From the IMG/VR virus record IMGVR_UViG_3300037507_003370, positions 128,001 through 192,000 of that record: a stretch of 64,000 bases of DNA; one strand, 5' to 3'. Shown here piece after piece: positions 1 to 9,430 of the stretch (position 1 is its first letter; each line of letters opens with the position of its first letter). Source of the stretch: a virus (Duplodnaviria > Caudoviricetes). The notes beneath the pieces were generated by a model. The model did not search any database and had not been told where the DNA came from. It saw only the letters and a program-made list of their open reading frames with translations. A program made the translations under genes and the position numbers.

Positions 1-648
1 TGTTTTACCAGTTTTTGGTCTTGCTCCTATGACATTTATGGTTCCCTTTCTTAGACCTCCTCCTATAGCTTGGTCATAAACAGGAAATCCTGTTGGTATA
101 CCTACATGATCAACCTTATTTTCTTCTAAATTTTTTACATATTCTTCTATTGATTGGCCTATCTTTTCTGGGCCACTATCGGTATCATTTAGTAGACTAG
201 TAAAATTAAATATACTATCTTCTGCCAATCCTATTATTGAGGATATGGGCTCACTACCAGTTACATCAAGAAGCTTGTCTTGAGTTAATTCTAATTGTTT
301 TCTTAATAGTCTTGCTATTTCTAGCTTTCTAATTTTAGCAGCCAGTCTGCGAACATTTTCTAGTTCAACAGGAAAGTCTATTATTGCTTTTAAATGCTGT
401 AGTTCTTCTTTCTTATTGAGAATGTGAGACAGTCCCAACTCTTGTGCGGATGAGAAAACAGATGCTATGTCGATTTTAGTAATTCCATTATCACATAAAA
501 ATTTTATGCATTTATATATGACTACATTACTATCTATTGTAAATGTTGTTTCTTGAATTATGTCAGCAACGTCCAAATAAGCCTGATCTCCATAGCAACA
601 TATTCCTGCCAAAACTGCTCTTTCAGCAGCGGGGTCACAAAGAATCAT
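1..648 (-). CDS. dnaB: Replicative DNA helicase DnaB-like, N-terminal part (truncated by window edge; absent from ORF track)
   Basis: Manual translation from ATG at 648: MILCDPAAERAVLAGI...GIPTGFPVYDQAIGGGLRKGTINVIGARPKTGKT. This is the DnaB N-terminus and Walker A (GARPxxGKT). SD AAGGA upstream; ATGA overlap with the preceding ORF. Confidence 0.9.
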   Translation of the reverse strand, partial: MILCDPAAERAVLAGICCYGDQAYLDVADIIQETTFTIDSNVVIYKCIKFLCDNGITKIDIASVFSSAQELGLSHILNKKEELQHLKAIIDFPVELENVRRLAAKIRKLEIARLLRKQLELTQDKLLDVTGSEPISSIIGLAEDSIFNFTSLLNDTDSGPEKIGQSIEEYVKNLEENKVDHVGIPTGFPVYDQAIGGGLRKGTINVIGARPKTGKT

Positions 649-1052
649 TTCGTTTCCTTTTCTACATTATCTGAGAGTGTTTCACTTGCTGAAGATTGAA
701 GGTTTCCCTTGAATTTATCAAAAAACTTTTGTATGCATAACTCCGCTTGTTTTCCGTTATTTAGAGGAATATGATAATTTTCTACAACAGCTTGACTTGT
801 TGATATGATTTCTCCTTTTGTGTTCTTATTTAGCACATTACAAGAAACCATAAATACCAATTCTACTGGAGCATCCAGGAATGCTTGGTTATTAAAAATT
901 TCATCATATTGATGACTAGCGAACTCAATAGGATCAAATTTAGGAAAATTTGCATCTGCTTCTTCTTCTCCTATAAGTAGTTTTTCTGTTGCTTTTTTAA
1001 GAGCGTCAAGTTCTTCTTTGGTGAATTCTGTTTCTGACATTTTTACCTCCAT
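645..1052 (-). CDS. Hypothetical protein (135 aa)
   Basis: Tightly coupled ORF in the operon; no recognisable motif. Confidence 0.6.
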   Translation of the reverse strand: MEVKMSETEFTKEELDALKKATEKLLIGEEEADANFPKFDPIEFASHQYDEIFNNQAFLDAPVELVFMVSCNVLNKNTKGEIISTSQAVVENYHIPLNNGKQAELCIQKFFDKFKGNLQSSASETLSDNVEKETK

Positions 1053-1447
1053 TATCCGGCTGCTCTAGAGCACTTGTTACATTTATATCTATCGGGTGTA
1101 TCAAAAAGCAAGTTTGAACTTATTTCTTCAGTTTTTCCACAAACACGACAAGTTGTTTTTACCAAAGAAACTTTTCTATTTCGCTTTGTTGGAGGATATT
1201 TAGTAAGTTTTTTATCAATTTCTACGTCTTCTTTATGCATATTTATTTCTGGCATATCTAGAAAAAGATTTTTTGAACTGTCCGATCCAACATTTTTTTG
1301 ATTAATTTTTTTTCTTTTAGTCTTTATTTTTGAAGGGGCGGGTGGCTCTTCAGGTTCTGTAGGATTATTAGAGTCTAAAAGAGAACTCAACATAGATATA
1401 AGAGTTTTAATTTGCTCTGGATTATTTTTTAAATCATTGATGTCCAT
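1052..1447 (-). CDS. Hypothetical protein with C-terminal Zn ribbon
   Basis: CRVC...CNKC pair at the C-terminus; coupled to neighbours. Confidence 0.6.
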   Translation of the reverse strand: MDINDLKNNPEQIKTLISMLSSLLDSNNPTEPEEPPAPSKIKTKRKKINQKNVGSDSSKNLFLDMPEINMHKEDVEIDKKLTKYPPTKRNRKVSLVKTTCRVCGKTEEISSNLLFDTPDRYKCNKCSRAAG

Positions 1448-1922
1448 TTTTCACCTTATTCCTTTGAACAGAAAGCAGAATATCTGATAGATTTTTGAGT
1501 GAATTAGCTACGTATGATAATCTATCTGATCTTTGTTTTGCGTATTTCTTTATAGAATTTAATGCCAACGCTTTTTCGTTGTTCTTAATAGCTTGGTATG
1601 ATTTTTCAACATATCCATATCCTTTATAGTTATTGATCTCATCTGCTATAGTTTCTTTTATAACTTCTTCCGCCCAATTATAACGAGCTATTTCTCTATT
1701 TAAATTCCTTTGTACATGAAAAGCAAATTGGCCCAATCTATAAGATATTTGAGCACAGTCTTCTGGACTGAGTTTTTCTATAGCATCTCTATTCATAGAC
1801 AAATATTGATTTATTTCGTCTGTAGAAAAATTATGATTATCTGAATATTTAGGCAGTCCGATATTCTGCTCATATTCATCTAATATTTTATCCCAATGAT
1901 CTACTTGTTCTTTAGTGTTCAT
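1434..1922 (-). CDS. Helical hypothetical protein (possibly UvsY-like recombination mediator)
   Basis: Amphipathic helical sequence between RecA and DnaB; the UvsY resemblance is weak inference. Confidence 0.5.
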   Translation of the reverse strand: MNTKEQVDHWDKILDEYEQNIGLPKYSDNHNFSTDEINQYLSMNRDAIEKLSPEDCAQISYRLGQFAFHVQRNLNREIARYNWAEEVIKETIADEINNYKGYGYVEKSYQAIKNNEKALALNSIKKYAKQRSDRLSYVANSLKNLSDILLSVQRNKVKNGHQ

Positions 1923-2322
1923 GTTTTATCCTTTTTGACCATTCGTCATCATTCTCATTAAATGGAAGCTCTACATACGTTATACCATTTATTGAGCACC
2001 ATTCTATTTTTTCTTTGTCTCTTTTCTTTTGTTTTATAAAGCCAAATTGATTATTGTGATAATGTCCTATGAATTTGTAGTGTTGTTCTCCGTGAGTCTC
2101 TATACATGTTTTAGTCAAAGGGAGGTAAAAGTCAAGGTACAGGGTTTCAGATTTTCTTAAAGGAATAGGTACTTCTTCTAAAATTTGTAAAGTAGGAAAT
2201 AGAGATGTTATTATGCTTCTTGCTCTAAGGTGTAAACTAGATCTATTAGAAACTTTACCATGAGCCATATTACCAGTTAAATTCCAATTATGAGAATTAT
2301 CATCCAAATCTTTAATTATCAT
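1912..2322 (-). CDS. PD-(D/E)xK endonuclease (DUF559/Vsr-like)
   Basis: Motifs EE..P, YLDFYLP, IETHGEQHY, D..K...C...GI..VEL. Confidence 0.7.
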   Translation of the reverse strand: MIIKDLDDNSHNWNLTGNMAHGKVSNRSSLHLRARSIITSLFPTLQILEEVPIPLRKSETLYLDFYLPLTKTCIETHGEQHYKFIGHYHNNQFGFIKQKKRDKEKIEWCSINGITYVELPFNENDDEWSKRIKHEH

Positions 2323-3331
2323 ATTTAATGCCCATGATCTTTTTTACCTCTATACAAAGGTCATCATAAACTTTAGGGTTATCTAATAAAAATTGTCTAA
2401 CTTTTTCACTACCTTGAAATTTTTGTTTTTCTCCCATAAATTCTAATGTATACCAAGCACCTCCCTTGTTTATCAAGCCAACATCGGAAGCTAAAGATAT
2501 AATTTCTGTTTGTTTGTCTATACCTTGACCATAACGAATATAGCTAGTTATAACACCTCCTGGCGGTCCTATTGCGGAACACAGTGTTTGCCATTCTACT
2601 TCTTGACCAATTTGAGTACTATCGGTACTAATAGTCCATGGCTTGAATGTTTTAGCTCTAAGTTTAATATCTGTCTGGTAAGCAATAGCTTGTCCACTCT
2701 TCTCTTTGAATTCTGCACCATAGCCTGTTGGATTTCCCATCAAATGAGTAATCCCTATAACAATATTTTTATTTACAGGTATCACATTTGCTACTTTGCG
2801 ACAAAATTTAGCCAATAATTTTGCACCATCTGCTCTTTGCATTTTATCCATATCGCTTGTGATTTCTGCTTCTGTACATAATGCAGAATAAGAGTCTATT
2901 ATTAATACAGACCCTGGTATTTCATTTATAATCCTTTCAGCAATTTGTAAATATTCTTCTGCGTGTAGAATCTTTCCTTGTTGTGAACCGATTACGTCAA
3001 ACCTATCAAGATCCAAGGAAGGAATACCTTCTAGGTCTCTTTTCTTTAATCGTCCTTCAATGTTAAGATAGTAAACATGTCTTGGTTTTTTAAGTTCTCC
3101 AATATATTTTTCTTGTTGTGCTGTGGCTGCGAAATCTAAAGATGTTGTTGTCTTACCGCATTTTGGCTGCCCGGTAAATACAACAAAGCTTCCTTCTGGT
3201 ATTCCTCCGTGTAGCACAACATCTAGTGATGGACTTACTGGTATGATTACAGATTTTTTATCTACTATCGAATTAGCGGATAGAATTATGTCAGATCCGA
3301 AATTTTTCATTACGTCTTCTTTAAATGTCAT
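2312..3331 (-). CDS. recA: RecA/UvsX-like recombinase
   Basis: GGIPEG, Walker A GQPKCGKTT, Walker B LIIDSYSAL, C-terminal GAWY motif. Confidence 0.9.
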   Translation of the reverse strand: MTFKEDVMKNFGSDIILSANSIVDKKSVIIPVSPSLDVVLHGGIPEGSFVVFTGQPKCGKTTTSLDFAATAQQEKYIGELKKPRHVYYLNIEGRLKKRDLEGIPSLDLDRFDVIGSQQGKILHAEEYLQIAERIINEIPGSVLIIDSYSALCTEAEITSDMDKMQRADGAKLLAKFCRKVANVIPVNKNIVIGITHLMGNPTGYGAEFKEKSGQAIAYQTDIKLRAKTFKPWTISTDSTQIGQEVEWQTLCSAIGPPGGVITSYIRYGQGIDKQTEIISLASDVGLINKGGAWYTLEFMGEKQKFQGSEKVRQFLLDNPKVYDDLCIEVKKIMGIKYDN

Positions 3332-3749
3332 TATCTATATCCTTTAGTCTCGAAAGTATATTACTCTTATTAGTTTTGTTTTCTCTAAATTTTATATTAT
3401 CTTTACGCTCAAATTCAACATTTTTCAATGATTTATTTTTTTCTTCTAATATTTTTTGATGTTTGTCTAATGATGTCTTAAGAAAAGGAGCCCTAAGAGA
3501 ATATATATTTTGACACTCTTTAGAATTTAAAGCCGAAATTATAGCTTGGTCATCGTATTTTTTTACTAGATCATTTGCTGTAGCTATTTGATTTCTATAA
3601 AAACTTGACCATTTTTTGTTAATCCAAAATCTATAGTGCAAATCTTCTTTGTCTTTGATTGCCTTTTTTTCGCATATAATTTCTGTAATATACTGAGCCG
3701 CAGAAACAAACTTATTGTTGGAATACTTGGATGGATATTTTTTATTCAT
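3321..3749 (-). CDS. Hypothetical protein (142 aa)
   Basis: Coupled ORF; no motif recognised. Confidence 0.6.
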   Translation of the reverse strand: MNKKYPSKYSNNKFVSAAQYITEIICEKKAIKDKEDLHYRFWINKKWSSFYRNQIATANDLVKKYDDQAIISALNSKECQNIYSLRAPFLKTSLDKHQKILEEKNKSLKNVEFERKDNIKFRENKTNKSNILSRLKDIDNDI

Positions 3750-4126
3750 TTATTTGGGTTTGGTCTAAATATTGCGTCTTGACTATTTCTCGATGGTCCA
3801 GATACATATCTTTTCTTTAACTCATCATTCATCGCTGACGCCTCTTTAGTCATTATCATAACATTTTTTGTTTGCTTAGAGGACGTTTGATTTATCATAA
3901 GGTTTTTTGAGGTGCTGACAGGTTCTTTTTTTGTATCCAATTTTGATTCTTTTTTATCGTCTACCGATGCCGCGTATTTTTCGAGGGTGGACAAAACCTG
4001 TTTGATAGTAATGTCTAATTCTGTTGATATAGACTCTGGAGACTTGCCTTCATAATTCAACCATCTTATAGCGTATACTTGTGTTTTGTTTAGTCTACTC
4101 ATAATATTAGATCTCTCTTTCTGCAT
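3746..4126 (-). CDS. Hypothetical protein with N-terminal HTH-like segment
   Basis: LNKTQVYAIRWLNYEGKSPESISTELDITIKQVLSTL has helix-turn-helix spacing. Confidence 0.5.
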   Translation of the reverse strand: MQKERSNIMSRLNKTQVYAIRWLNYEGKSPESISTELDITIKQVLSTLEKYAASVDDKKESKLDTKKEPVSTSKNLMINQTSSKQTKNVMIMTKEASAMNDELKKRYVSGPSRNSQDAIFRPNPNK

Positions 4127-4517
4127 TGTTTAACCATGATAAATTTTTTGACTTAATAAATTTTAAATAACATTCAAATGCTTTATTGTTTACTTGTATA
4201 AATTTGTTATTAGTATTAGCATTATCAAAAATTGTTGACTCTTTTCTATTTCCATAGATAGACATAGGATTATATGGCTTATTGTCTCTTGTGATTTTTA
4301 TCATTAATTTATATGTATTATCTGGTCTTAATATTTTTTTAGCTAATACTTTCGAGGAGTCTTTCTTGCTTCTTGGATTATTATTACTATCTATAAAATC
4401 ACTATCATCTATAAAAGTATAATACTCATCTTTTTTTTCTTTTTCATTATCTAATGTATTTCTAGGCTCAAAAATAAAGTCTGTCATTTCATCTCTCTTT
4501 CTGCTGCTTTTATCCAT
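4107..4517 (-). CDS. Hypothetical protein, paralogue of 4484-4888
   Basis: C-terminus VNNKAFECYLKFIKSKNLSWLNNAERE matches the neighbour. Confidence 0.65.
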   Translation of the reverse strand: MDKSSRKRDEMTDFIFEPRNTLDNEKEKKDEYYTFIDDSDFIDSNNNPRSKKDSSKVLAKKILRPDNTYKLMIKITRDNKPYNPMSIYGNRKESTIFDNANTNNKFIQVNNKAFECYLKFIKSKNLSWLNNAEREI

Positions 4518-4888
4518 CTGTTATCTTCTGTTTTAAGAAACATAATGTATTTGTCAAATATATATTGATTCACTTCTTGAAGCATCCATTCTGATTTACA
4601 CTTACTGTTTATAAATTTATTCTGACTGGTGTTATTATCTATCTTAGTAGGATTATATAATGTCTTTTGGGGACTTATCTTAACGAAATATTTATAGTTA
4701 TTGAATGCGATATCTGCTTTCCCAATACTACTATATCTTGATTTCACGGCTTTTGCTACAACGTTTGAGTTGTTACCGTCTGATATTCTTGGAAATCCCT
4801 CATTGTCAATAAACTCTTCTAAGCCTTTAAAGCAATAGAATTTATCATCATCATTATTTATTTTTTTGATATTGTATATGCTATTCAT
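4484..4888 (-). CDS. Hypothetical protein, paralogue of 4107-4517
   Basis: C-terminus VNQYIFDKYIMFLKTEDNRWIKAAERE. Confidence 0.65.
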   Translation of the reverse strand: MNSIYNIKKINNDDDKFYCFKGLEEFIDNEGFPRISDGNNSNVVAKAVKSRYSSIGKADIAFNNYKYFVKISPQKTLYNPTKIDNNTSQNKFINSKCKSEWMLQEVNQYIFDKYIMFLKTEDNRWIKAAEREMK

Positions 4889-5265
4889 GTTTTTTTAATT
4901 CGTCGTTTTTTTCTTGCTGGGGCTTCTGTCCATTTAGTTTTAGGCTTTTTCTCTATTCTAGACATACCAGATGGTAAATCTTTATTGAAGTCTTCTTTAT
5001 ATGAATTATGTTTTACATATAAATCTAATTTTTGATCATCTGTTAATTTATCTCTATTTCTATTAGCGAGATCACCAACTGTACCTAATTCACTATCAGA
5101 TTTTTTAATAGATGTTGATTGTGTAGAGACATCTTGTATATATAAACGATATGTTTTTGTACTATTACAATGGGCGCAAGGTGGTGTTGGTTGATAGTCT
5201 TTGATATAAAAAAATAGTTCAAAGGACTTATTACAATCTTCGCAAGAGTATGAATATGTTGGCAT
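4885..5265 (-). CDS. FmdB-family Zn-ribbon protein
   Basis: MPTYSYSCEDCNKSFE...PPCAHC is the FmdB signature; start moved to the MPTY ATG (TAATG overlap with HNH stop). Confidence 0.75.
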   Translation of the reverse strand: MPTYSYSCEDCNKSFELFFYIKDYQPTPPCAHCNSTKTYRLYIQDVSTQSTSIKKSDSELGTVGDLANRNRDKLTDDQKLDLYVKHNSYKEDFNKDLPSGMSRIEKKPKTKWTEAPARKKRRIKKT

Positions 5266-5846
5266 TATGTATAAGTTTCTGGGAGATATAAGGTCCATTC
5301 TTTTGGCAATGCATTACTATCTATTTTAGCTATCGAACCAGTAACAGGCAAGTATTTTATACTCTTTTGAGGCATAACTGGCAAAGTTTTTAATGGCATA
5401 TTTGCTTGTTTTGGCGTTCTATTTCCTTTTTTTCTATTGCAACTAAGGCAGGCGGTTACTATATTTGTCCAATTTGTCGGACTTCTTTGAGTATCTTTCC
5501 ATAAAGACCTGGGTATAACATGATCATAAGTCAAGTCATTTATATCTTTGGAGTGATTACAATATTGACAAGTATAGTTATCTCTGATAAAAACATTTTT
5601 TCTAGAAAAATTTACTCTTTGATTATGTATCTTAAAATACTTAGATGTTTTAACAACAGCTGGTATCGGTATTTTTTTATTCACACCCTGTATAAAATCA
5701 TCTTTATAGAAATCTATAATTTCTACGCTAGATGATATATTTTCAGAATCTTTAATAGACCATAATAAAGCTCTTTGCCAAGATATTATTGCTAATGGAG
5801 TATAATCAGCGTTTAATACCAGACACCTACTGCTTTCCTGTCTCAT
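5265..5846 (-). CDS. HNH endonuclease
   Basis: RCLVLNADYTPL N-terminus, RDNYTCQYC, TYDHVIPRS, WTNIVTACLSCNRKKG. Confidence 0.9.
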   Translation of the reverse strand: MRQESSRCLVLNADYTPLAIISWQRALLWSIKDSENISSSVEIIDFYKDDFIQGVNKKIPIPAVVKTSKYFKIHNQRVNFSRKNVFIRDNYTCQYCNHSKDINDLTYDHVIPRSLWKDTQRSPTNWTNIVTACLSCNRKKGNRTPKQANMPLKTLPVMPQKSIKYLPVTGSIAKIDSNALPKEWTLYLPETYT

Positions 5847-6555
5847 TCTCGTATGATTCCAGTCTTGTCAATATATTTCCTATAATTGGGTTCCTTACTA
5901 TATCTGTAAAAGCTAGTCTAGAAACACCTATACCCTCTACTCTATCAAGGGCGGATATCATATGATAGAATCCTCCTTGTAAATGTCTATTCAAATCAGA
6001 TTGACTAGTATCGCCAGTTAAAACCATTTTGCTATTTAGACCTAATCTAGTTATTAACATTTTTAATTGATCATATGAAGCATTCTGGCACTCGTCAGCA
6101 ACAATAAAACAATCGTGAAAATTACGACCTCTCATGAGTCCAAGAGGAACTATTTCTATTCTATTATTGGTTTTTAAGCTATTATATTGAGAGCCAGATA
6201 TAAAATGATTAATTTCATCTAGCAATGGTAGTAAATAAGGGTGTAGTTTTTCTTCCGCTGTTCCAGGTAAATATCCTATTTTTTCTCCAGATTCTACAAC
6301 TGGTCTAGTTACTATTATCTTTTTGCATTTATTATCAAGAAGGTATTCTAGAGCCATACCTATAGCGATATGTGTTTTACCACTCCCTGCTACTCCTTGA
6401 CAAAACGTAATACTGTTTTCGGCAACAGTTCTTATATAATCTTTTTGATTTTCTGTTCTGGGTTTTAATCTATTCCTGTATGTTTCTGGAATATTTAAAG
6501 GCTGAGTGGCATCTATAACTTTTGTTTTTTTCTTACCATTTTTATTATTTCTCAA
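5827..6555 (-). CDS. phoH: PhoH-like ATPase
   Basis: GVAGSGKT, TRPVVE, GYLPG, MRGRNF, ADECQN, GDTSQSD. Confidence 0.95.
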   Translation of the reverse strand: MRNNKNGKKKTKVIDATQPLNIPETYRNRLKPRTENQKDYIRTVAENSITFCQGVAGSGKTHIAIGMALEYLLDNKCKKIIVTRPVVESGEKIGYLPGTAEEKLHPYLLPLLDEINHFISGSQYNSLKTNNRIEIVPLGLMRGRNFHDCFIVADECQNASYDQLKMLITRLGLNSKMVLTGDTSQSDLNRHLQGGFYHMISALDRVEGIGVSRLAFTDIVRNPIIGNILTRLESYENETGKQ

Positions 6556-6579
6556 TTTGTACCCTTTACAAAATAGTGG

Positions 6580-8775
6580 TTAAATTAGACAGGCGCCGCC
6601 AGCGCAACTAATTTCCTCTATTCCTACGGTATTGTCTTCAGTTTCCGAAAGTTGCGTATAATCTACCTTCTTAAAACTATTAAACAGATCGCAATAAATT
6701 TTCCAATTGTAAACGTCTTTCATGCAATATGTTAGTCTTCTAACATCGCTATCAAAATACTTACCCGCAAAATTTTTCATTTTTGTTACAAATTTTAGCT
6801 TCGACTCATGATGATCTTTATGTGCTTGATTTAAAGTAACATAGTCACAAGCTGCCCAAAGGTTATTGTCAAAAGCATTTAATCCTAATTCAATTAATCC
6901 AGAACACCATAATGCAGCGTCACCGTATTCTTTAACTATTTCACGACTAGTATAAACTGTTGTGAATGGAGCCTGAGTATAGTCTTTATCTCCACTTTGT
7001 GGAATTAAACTGATACCAGCAAAATACTTACGATTATCATAAATATATTTTGTAACATCGTCCCATTCATCTGGCTTAACAGTGACAGTATTACTAACAT
7101 TATGGCTTAAATATTCTTGTGTGCATAATGATCTATTCTTGCCGCTTTGAACCCAGTTCTTTTGGGTGTCTTTAACAATAGATAACATTTCAACGGCTGG
7201 CAATTGATTCTTTAATTTAGCACCGTCTGGCACTTCTATTGGGAACTTAATTACCTCATCCGTATTGTTTGCTGACCAGCTGGATTTTTCACAGGCTTGC
7301 GGGTTTAGTTTTTTGAAGTGTTGGTATGGAGCTTCTAAAACATTGGCCTGTACGTGTCTTATATATCTTTTAGCATGATGTGGGTGGATGCCAGAGCTTG
7401 TTCCAAGCATACTAGAACTTGTTCCTTCTGGCTTTAAGCACGTTACTCTTGCTGCTTGATTAATTTTGATCTTTTTGGAAAGATCTTTATTTGTTTCAAC
7501 TGCAATTTTAGCCCCAGCACGAAGAACCTTTTCTGAAAGAATAAGATCATGCTTTTCCATTGTTCCAGTTAATGAAACTCCGAGTAGAGCTTCTCTTTCA
7601 AAGATTCTGCAAGTGATCTCTCCAAGATAATCTAGTTTAGTAAAACCGGCTTGTAATGTTCCTATAATAGCCGCGGCCTTGCACCTTTCATAAAAATCAT
7701 TTTCATCTTCTATAGATGAACAATTTATTGTTGTTAGATTGCATCCTTGCCAGCCACTCTTGCCGCTTTCTTCATCAACTGGCCACATTCCAACTTCAAC
7801 GCAAGGATTAAAAGTCATCTCTGTAGAATCACTCCAAATAAATCCAGGCTCACCAAATTCTTTTACACTCTCCATCAATTCTTGAAACTCCTCAAAGGTT
7901 GTTTCATCTTTTAAAAGCAAAGCAGAGTTGTTGCTTCTTGCTCTTTGAGGATTCTCTATATACCAATTACCAGTTTTTGCTTTTGCCATTTCCTCATCGT
8001 CAGGACTAAACAAAGCAAGACTAGCAGAGCGTCTAACTCCGCCACTTAAAACAGCATCACTACTGTGCATAACAATATCATAAGCATCAACTGGTCGTAG
8101 TTTCTTTTGACCATTAGCAACACAACGATCTAGTAGAGTTCTAATTTTCTCTAGTCCATTTTGTAGTGGTTCGAATCCAGGGGCTTTTCCTACGCCACTA
8201 GCTAATGATGATCCCTTTGGTCTAATATTTGAATAATCAAACACAACGTAAGTATTTTTGTATATTTTAAATTCTTCAATTGGCTTACTAAAGTATGAGC
8301 TAAGAAGAACGCCTAGAGCATCTGCCCAACCTTCAATACTATCTTCAATTACGTATTTTGTTCCTTCGTTATTATCAGGAATATCGTGCTCTAAAGAAGG
8401 GAGTTTAGCAACATGGTGCTTTTGCACACTGAATCCAGTGCCACTTCCACAAAGCAATAGCCAAAAACATTCCTGGAAAAATCTTAAACGATCACAATAT
8501 GAACTTGTGCAGTTGTAGATCTTTGCGTGTCTTTTCATGATCGGCTCACCACCGAACTGTAATGCTCTCTGACTGCCTAGAACTCTCTTTTTATACATCA
8601 TATCATATGCAAAGTCTATATCCTCAGAGATGCCAAATTCAGCATATTTACTATGCATCATATGCCTTACTCTTTCCACTGCCTCTTTCCATGTTTCTCT
8701 ACGATTTTTATCTTCTAGCCAACGAGCGTATTTACTAACAAAAGTATAATTTTGCAATTCTTGAAGAGCGGACAT
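6580..8775 (-). CDS. nrdJ: Class II (adenosylcobalamin-dependent) ribonucleotide reductase
   Basis: YNC, GGVRRSA, NPCVE, GCNLT, KPEGTSS and C-terminal CAGGAC; no small-subunit gene adjacent; no intein. Confidence 0.9.
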   Translation of the reverse strand: MSALQELQNYTFVSKYARWLEDKNRRETWKEAVERVRHMMHSKYAEFGISEDIDFAYDMMYKKRVLGSQRALQFGGEPIMKRHAKIYNCTSSYCDRLRFFQECFWLLLCGSGTGFSVQKHHVAKLPSLEHDIPDNNEGTKYVIEDSIEGWADALGVLLSSYFSKPIEEFKIYKNTYVVFDYSNIRPKGSSLASGVGKAPGFEPLQNGLEKIRTLLDRCVANGQKKLRPVDAYDIVMHSSDAVLSGGVRRSASLALFSPDDEEMAKAKTGNWYIENPQRARSNNSALLLKDETTFEEFQELMESVKEFGEPGFIWSDSTEMTFNPCVEVGMWPVDEESGKSGWQGCNLTTINCSSIEDENDFYERCKAAAIIGTLQAGFTKLDYLGEITCRIFEREALLGVSLTGTMEKHDLILSEKVLRAGAKIAVETNKDLSKKIKINQAARVTCLKPEGTSSSMLGTSSGIHPHHAKRYIRHVQANVLEAPYQHFKKLNPQACEKSSWSANNTDEVIKFPIEVPDGAKLKNQLPAVEMLSIVKDTQKNWVQSGKNRSLCTQEYLSHNVSNTVTVKPDEWDDVTKYIYDNRKYFAGISLIPQSGDKDYTQAPFTTVYTSREIVKEYGDAALWCSGLIELGLNAFDNNLWAACDYVTLNQAHKDHHESKLKFVTKMKNFAGKYFDSDVRRLTYCMKDVYNWKIYCDLFNSFKKVDYTQLSETEDNTVGIEEISCAGGACLI

Positions 8776-8921
8776 ATTATCTCCTTAAAAAACCATGCTG
8801 TAATCAGCAAATATGAAAAATTTGGACCAGAGAGTGGCCGTAGAAATCGATGAATTTGATATCCAAGTTGGTGTATTCATGTATCATAATTCATAAACTC
8901 AATTATTTTTTATCTTATGCA

Positions 8922-9389
8922 TTATAATACACCACAAAGATTTTTGAGCCAAGAAAGATCTGGCGTTACTTTATGAATTTTCATTTTGCTCATTTTAATA
9001 AACAAATCAAATCTTTTTTGAGCATCATCATCAAATAATACTGTTCCGTGGTTGTCTATCATGTAAACTTCGCCAATACCTTCTTGCCAAAGGGCCATGA
9101 TACAATCATTGCAACATTGCCCAGTAACATAAGCTATTCCATTGTCTGGTCTAACTATACAATTAGATAATGCGTTTCTTTCACTATGAACCATCCAGTG
9201 ATATTTTTCTGGTCTAGTTTTTGGTAAAATTGTGTCATCTACATTTTTTGGAAAACCATTGTATCCAACACCCAAAATTCTGTGATTCTGGTCTGTGATC
9301 ACACATCCGTGTTGAGTGTGTAAATCATGGCTTCGTTGCGAAACAACTTTAGCCAGCCCTAAAAAGTAATCAGTCCACATTGGTCTCAT
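8922..9389 (-). CDS. dCMP deaminase
   Basis: W.DYFLGLAKVVSQRS.D, GYNGFP, HSERNA, C..C zinc site. Confidence 0.9.
   Translation of the reverse strand: MRPMWTDYFLGLAKVVSQRSHDLHTQHGCVITDQNHRILGVGYNGFPKNVDDTILPKTRPEKYHWMVHSERNALSNCIVRPDNGIAYVTGQCCNDCIMALWQEGIGEVYMIDNHGTVLFDDDAQKRFDLFIKMSKMKIHKVTPDLSWLKNLCGVL
8926..8933 (-). promoter_or_regulatory. RGTGTAT-type motif (candidate phage-sigma promoter) upstream of nrdJ
   Basis: GGTGTATT followed by an AT-rich tract; the same motif recurs upstream of many genes. Confidence 0.45.
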
Positions 9390-9395
9390 GAATGT

Positions 9396-9423
9396 ATGAT
9401 ATCAGAGAAAGTCATTGAGTCAA
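9396..9423 (-). promoter_or_regulatory. sigma70-type promoter, probably leaderless (dCMP deaminase)
   Basis: TTGACT-N16-TATCAT with TGn; ATG lies 6 nt after the -10. Confidence 0.6.
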
Positions 9424-9430
9424 CAGGAAG

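Noticed and set aside
8776-8921. Cobalamin riboswitch or small ORF upstream of nrdJ
   Set aside because: No B12-box or convincing structure recognised by eye, and short ORFs lack support; an Infernal search would settle it.
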